Shown here: positions 25,117 to 29,678 of the stretch, piece after piece
Layout: each line of letters starts with the position of its first letter
Position numbering within the stretch: position 1 is the stretch's first letter
Virus record (IMG/VR): IMGVR_UViG_3300037780_000065
Coordinates: 1 to 29,678 of that record
Direction: 5' to 3' (one strand)
From: a virus
Lineage: Duplodnaviria; Caudoviricetes
DNA length: 29,678 nucleotides
The notes under the pieces: generated by a model
Seen by the model: the letters and a program-made list of their open reading frames with translations, nothing else
Databases searched by the model: none
What the model was told of the DNA's origin: nothing
Position numbers and translations under genes: made by a program

Positions 25117-25997
25117 CGATGAGCTTGCAAACCGCGTGGGATGACGTCGAAACAACCGCCAGTCTGAGCGAGTCAGACCAGGCTGCAACGTTTCGGTACA
25201 TGGTGTTCACGGACGATGGCGAAACCGAAGACGACGTTCGTGACTATGCGATGCCACGGGTGCCCGATGTCTATGCGGGATTGTTGTTCACCAAAATGGA
25301 CGTCAAGCGAAAGCAAGAGGCTGATGACGTTTGGTCGATCACAGCCTACTACGAATCGCCAGCGAGTTCGTTTGCACTTCCAAAACTCTCTGCTGGGGAG
25401 ACACGGTGGTCCATTCGCAATGGTGGTGGATCGACAGTGAAGCGTTTGTACTCACTTGGATTGGTGTCAGAGCATGTCTCCGAAGACACAGGCTCAAACT
25501 ACAAATTCGAGGCAACCAAAGCCGAGAGACTCGTCGGAATCAGCGTGGGGAAAGATGGCAAAGGTTTTGAGGTTGAAGGTAAGGATGTTTCGCTTGGGAA
25601 TATCGAGATTTCAGTTGAGACCGTGGTATCAAACGCCGAGGCAACGGGCGCATACCTCACCGCCGCCTCGGCCGCCGCCGATGCAAACGCGATTAACGAC
25701 AACACCTGGAAAGTATTTGCCGCCGAAACGCTAAGGCTCATTGACTTCAACGCGTCGCAACGAGCAGGCAACAATCCCGATTGGGATGTTGCAATGACGT
25801 TCGTGTTCTCACCATCGCTTACCAATATTCGTGTTCCGAACATTTCAAAGCCGATCCCAGCTAAGAAAGGTCAGCAGCTTTTGGACGTGATGTTCGCTGA
25901 AAAGAAGGTGGGAAAGTTCTCGCTCAGTGTGCCGGTCCGGGCGGCTGTCCATGACTGGTATCCGAAAATCAATTTTGCATCGGTGCTCAAAGTCTAA
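25113..25997 (+). CDS. Tail tip/distal tail-region protein
   Basis: Directly after the tape measure; beta-rich. Confidence 0.65.
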   Translation: MTMSLQTAWDDVETTASLSESDQAATFRYMVFTDDGETEDDVRDYAMPRVPDVYAGLLFTKMDVKRKQEADDVWSITAYYESPASSFALPKLSAGETRWSIRNGGGSTVKRLYSLGLVSEHVSEDTGSNYKFEATKAERLVGISVGKDGKGFEVEGKDVSLGNIEISVETVVSNAEATGAYLTAASAAADANAINDNTWKVFAAETLRLIDFNASQRAGNNPDWDVAMTFVFSPSLTNIRVPNISKPIPAKKGQQLLDVMFAEKKVGKFSLSVPVRAAVHDWYPKINFASVLKV

Positions 25998-26722
25998 TGG
26001 CCTACCAATTGCCCAAGGCTGGACAGCCAGCCGACTTTATTGAATCTGCGGCAGTGTGGAGCGACATTTTCCGGCTACTCAACGAATGGAAAGCGGGCCG
26101 TTTGAATCCAGTAGCTGAACAGCGTTCACGAGCCGCCGGTGTGAACGTCTCAAATGCGTCTGGTAACGATCGCGAGGCTGGCGAAGTGCTCCAGATTGAT
26201 TCAATGGAGCAACCCGATGAAGCGATCGTCGATGCGTTCATGAGTGCCCCAGTCGTCGACGCGATCGATCCTGTTTGGCACACGGATATCGACAACCTCG
26301 TTGTTGTTTCCGGCGGTGTTCTGGATGATTCAATCTTCACCTGGAAGCCAAGGCACTGGACGGTGGTGAAGGTGACTGTCGAAGAGGCCACTGACCGCTT
26401 TGTCATGTTGGATCCCGACAACCTGAATCAGATGAAGACCGCCGACGCCGGGATTTGGCGAATCATTGGACTCGACGAAGAAAACGAGCTCGCTGTGGTT
26501 GACCTGAATTCGTCTCAGCCATTCTGGCGGTACGAGTTAACAGAAACATCGCAGGCACCAGAAACAACCGAGGCGAAGCTGATCCGTGTCGATGGCACGG
26601 AGTTCACAGACGAAATCAACCTTAGCGATCCTCTTAGCTTGATGGACGATCAGAGCAGCGGAGACAAAGGCTGGTGCATTCACATCGGAAACGAATTTCA
26701 CGCGATCCAAGGTCCTTGTTAG
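25997..26722 (+). CDS. Tail tip-region hypothetical protein
   Basis: TAATG coupling; V.NASG.D...GEVL. Confidence 0.6.
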   Translation: MAYQLPKAGQPADFIESAAVWSDIFRLLNEWKAGRLNPVAEQRSRAAGVNVSNASGNDREAGEVLQIDSMEQPDEAIVDAFMSAPVVDAIDPVWHTDIDNLVVVSGGVLDDSIFTWKPRHWTVVKVTVEEATDRFVMLDPDNLNQMKTADAGIWRIIGLDEENELAVVDLNSSQPFWRYELTETSQAPETTEAKLIRVDGTEFTDEINLSDPLSLMDDQSSGDKGWCIHIGNEFHAIQGPC

Positions 26723-26731
26723 GGAACACTC

Positions 26732-27145
26732 ATGGCAGATTTGACCATTACCCCAGCCAACGTTGGGCTGGCAGAAACCGGCGTCTACGTTCAGGTCGTC
26801 CAAGTTGGCGAGGGCGTCACGCAGGGGCAGACGGGCTACAAAAACAACGAGGACAAATACCTTCTGGCGGATGCTGACGATACAGAGTCAACGGCCGCGG
26901 CGAAGTGCATTTTTCTCACCGCTGCGTCAACTGATGGCTACGCAGTTGCGGCATTCTCCGGCCCGGTGGACGTCGGAGCAACGCTAACGGTTGGTGAGCA
27001 ATACTACGTGAGCGATACTGCGGGCGGCATCAAGCCGGCAGCCGATTTGGCAACTGGTGACTATGTCACCTTGCTTGGAATCGCGATCGCGACCGACACA
27101 TTGCAGTTGGACATCTCGGCTAGCGGCGTACAGGTGCCTGCATAA
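26732..27145 (+). CDS. Cement/decoration-like beta structural protein
   Basis: MADLTITPANV...LTVGEQYYVSDTAGGI...LGIA. Confidence 0.65.
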   Translation: MADLTITPANVGLAETGVYVQVVQVGEGVTQGQTGYKNNEDKYLLADADDTESTAAAKCIFLTAASTDGYAVAAFSGPVDVGATLTVGEQYYVSDTAGGIKPAADLATGDYVTLLGIAIATDTLQLDISASGVQVPA

Positions 27146-29427
27146 TGAGCCGTCGAGGGTGTCGTTGTTGTGGTTGCAACGATCGAGAGTACATCTTTCG
27201 GCCGGACTTCTACGTTCCGACCGATGCTGTTTGCTTGGTTTCAATCACTACCGAGATCGAGACCCGCGTGCTGGTTCAACAGATTCACCGGGCTGACAGC
27301 GATGGCGAGGAAACCGTTGATTCAACAACATCCGACACGACAACGACCGACGATGAAACTGTCGAGACAACGGAGGATGTGAACGCTGCCGGCAAGTGGG
27401 TTCACGAGTATGACACCGAAGAAGATGTGGTGGATGGTGAAACATCGCCCGCAGACGGCGGTGTAACTTTTCAACGAACGACGACTTACACGACTGAAAC
27501 GGTCACGGAACGTAGACGACTGGCCTATCTCTTTGACGTCAGCGACAACGACGGATTCGCCGAGTCCGGTTGGTATCAGTCAGCACATTTAAAGCTTGAT
27601 CTAGAGCCCTTTGTTAGAGAAGGGTTCACGGACCAGATCGATTCAATTGAGCACTACGCCACAGTTTATGGCCTGACGAGGAACACTGCGTTGCCGACAA
27701 CCGCTGCGGGGTTTGATGCACTGGTTTCTGCGGCGGCAAACGAACACGATCTGACCGATCTTGCAGACCCCGAGGCTGAGGATCCGGAAACACAGTATGT
27801 CACTGCAACGACTTGGATTCCAAGTGTTGCAACGACGTCTCTTTTGATGCTGGTTGATGAAAGCACGGACAATCGAGGCGTTCAGGTTGAGTCACTGCGA
27901 TTTGCGATGGCAAACCATTACCCGGATGCTCTCTACAGCGGTGTTGAGATCGTCCAGGACTGGAAGACTTATTGGGACCGCGATGACCTTGCGGACTTCA
28001 CGCTAAAGTCGCCAATCAGCGGCCCTGATTTCGAGCTTGATTTGCGAAGCTTGGTCTACTCTCATTCCGGGCAAACACTGAGCGAAGGAGCGATCGCAGA
28101 AATCGAGATCATCGACGCGACCGATGCAGTGCTGCTGACGCTAGGTTTGTCGGTCAACTCATCGGGTAAAATTGTCTTTTCTGTTGACGACGACGATTCT
28201 ATCGCGGAAACGTTCGAAATTGGGTTCGCAGCAATCATCAGCAACCCGGACTTCCTGTTTCCAGAGATCGAATGCAGAATCCGGAAGCATATCATTGAGG
28301 TGATTGCTGCTGGCGATCTAGAAACCTCATCGGGCACGACTACCAACACTTGGGAGGCTGTGCCGATTGATCACGAAATCGATTTTGCATCCGTTCGATT
28401 GCATGTGACAGCGGCAAGTGGATACAAGCTCGGGAAGTTGCCAGTCACGCCACTGATTGATCCAGTCGAGAACACCAACACGAAGTGTCCCGATCGAAGG
28501 ACTTGCGAGTTTGTGCCGAACTTCGGTCACGGTCGGTTCCAGGTGGATGATGTGTCGCTTCCAGGATTCACCGAAAACTCGCCAACCGCATTGGATTACA
28601 CGCACGAATCGTGCAAGGCGTTGTTGGAGGCAACTGGCGGAATCGCAGGCGAACAGTTGCTGGCTGCTGGTGTTGGGTCGTATGTGCTTTGGACACGCAA
28701 TGACGAAAGCTACGTGCGTCCACCGAGCGGCGGCGGTCTCTATTCACAGTACAGATCACGCGCCGGAACTACCGACATTGGGCACGATCTGGACACCTAC
28801 ACGCCAGCGAAGAAGTTTTTCGTAGTAGAAAGCAGCGTCGATTTTTACGAGGTGGCAGATCCAACGAAGGTTGGAGTGAGGGTCACGATCGACCTGGACT
28901 TTCCAACCACACAACAGGCAATCCCAGCGCAAACGACGTACACGACAACATCCAGCAGCTCACAGGTTGTGTCACAGAGCAACTACAACTCGACGTCGGA
29001 GCCAGTTGACCGGCTGTTTCCAATCTCTTCGAGCTTGGCCGACACAACGGACACGAATCCAACCGCGACGTCATATCCTGCCCAAGCAACGTTTGACGAG
29101 CCAATCGAGGACTACGAAGTCTACGATGCGGGGTACCAGTATGATGTGATCTTGATATTCACTGACGGATACGGCAATGAGGTTGGCGGTCAGGAACTAG
29201 AGTTTGAAAAGGTTGTTGACAGGTGGGAAGCAGGTAGCGAACCGACGATCGCATTCACGATCGCTGATGTCGTGGGTTCCGTGCCATCGCATTGGATGGT
29301 CACAGCAGCGAGTGCCACGACGTCACACAGTCGAACCGGAGACACACACTACGCAACGCACAATTGGACCGTCACGCAAGAAGAAATCGACCTCGACAGC
29401 CTGGCCTTTAATGTGAAGCCGATTTAA
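27145..29427 (+). CDS. Large acidic Thr-rich tail/receptor-binding candidate
   Basis: 760 aa ORF, N-terminal GCRCCGC, D/E/T-rich. Confidence 0.65.
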   Translation: MSRRGCRCCGCNDREYIFRPDFYVPTDAVCLVSITTEIETRVLVQQIHRADSDGEETVDSTTSDTTTTDDETVETTEDVNAAGKWVHEYDTEEDVVDGETSPADGGVTFQRTTTYTTETVTERRRLAYLFDVSDNDGFAESGWYQSAHLKLDLEPFVREGFTDQIDSIEHYATVYGLTRNTALPTTAAGFDALVSAAANEHDLTDLADPEAEDPETQYVTATTWIPSVATTSLLMLVDESTDNRGVQVESLRFAMANHYPDALYSGVEIVQDWKTYWDRDDLADFTLKSPISGPDFELDLRSLVYSHSGQTLSEGAIAEIEIIDATDAVLLTLGLSVNSSGKIVFSVDDDDSIAETFEIGFAAIISNPDFLFPEIECRIRKHIIEVIAAGDLETSSGTTTNTWEAVPIDHEIDFASVRLHVTAASGYKLGKLPVTPLIDPVENTNTKCPDRRTCEFVPNFGHGRFQVDDVSLPGFTENSPTALDYTHESCKALLEATGGIAGEQLLAAGVGSYVLWTRNDESYVRPPSGGGLYSQYRSRAGTTDIGHDLDTYTPAKKFFVVESSVDFYEVADPTKVGVRVTIDLDFPTTQQAIPAQTTYTTTSSSSQVVSQSNYNSTSEPVDRLFPISSSLADTTDTNPTATSYPAQATFDEPIEDYEVYDAGYQYDVILIFTDGYGNEVGGQELEFEKVVDRWEAGSEPTIAFTIADVVGSVPSHWMVTAASATTSHSRTGDTHYATHNWTVTQEEIDLDSLAFNVKPI

Positions 29428-29648
29428 TGCAAATCATCAATCGTCAACACCTGAACAAGAACGAGCCGATCTGCCGATCTTGTGAGCATTTCGGAGAGCA
29501 CAACAGCCGCGTCGGGTGCCTGTTGCTGTTGCCTTTGTGCCCATGCCGTTACACAACGAGATTGCTGGCTGGCCAAGGGTGTGCCGACAAAGAGAATCCG
29601 CGGTTTGGGCCAGCGGATAGGGGTGGGGGCCTTGCGGGTCCTTCCTAG
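29427..29648 (+). CDS. Small Cys-rich protein
   Basis: ICRSCEH...GC...CPC...GC; TAATG coupling. Confidence 0.55.
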   Translation: MQIINRQHLNKNEPICRSCEHFGEHNSRVGCLLLLPLCPCRYTTRLLAGQGCADKENPRFGPADRGGGLAGPS

Positions 29649-29678
29649 TCTCTGTTTCGGAGGTAAGGACCTCGTCAG

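Larger units (their letters stand above)
1..29678 (+). mobile_element. Tailed phage/prophage segment with lambda-like head module and long non-contractile tail; both ends lie outside the window
   Basis: Co-oriented terminase, portal, capsid, head-tail, tail tube and tape measure genes in canonical order; no host housekeeping genes seen. Confidence 0.95.

Noticed and set aside
23295-25130. Long minus-strand ORFs opposite the tape measure
   Set aside because: Expected antisense open frames from Ala-rich, GC-biased codons

Overview
The window is part of a tailed (sipho-type, lambda-like packaging) phage or prophage, probably of a Planctomycete; the host is inferred from gene style only. From 5.3 kb onward it reads on the + strand as: DUF1064 nuclease, HTH protein, a secreted/lysis-like block with a matrixin metalloprotease, an SGNH virion protein, terminase, portal, protease-capsid fusion, head-tail genes, tail tube, tape measure and tail-tip genes. 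The first 5.2 kb is a complete integron-like system inside the phage accessory region. It has an apparently intact integron integrase (4192..5190, minus), a putative attI directly after the integrase stop codon, and at least 9 gene cassettes bounded by attC hairpins with R/L boxes and extrahelical bases. The layout is unusual in three ways. (1) The attC sites run with intI on the minus strand, but every cassette ORF is on the plus strand, co-oriented with the phage. (2) Five ORFs start inside the attC loop. (3) Three cassettes carry an internal 28-29 nt inverted copy of their own predicted circle junction plus a conserved ANGGA-loop hairpin. Cargo is phage-type: HNH, Lar-like, Zn-finger proteins and a duplicated possible Acb2/Tad1-like protein. 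All calls come from reading the sequence by eye; no searches were run.
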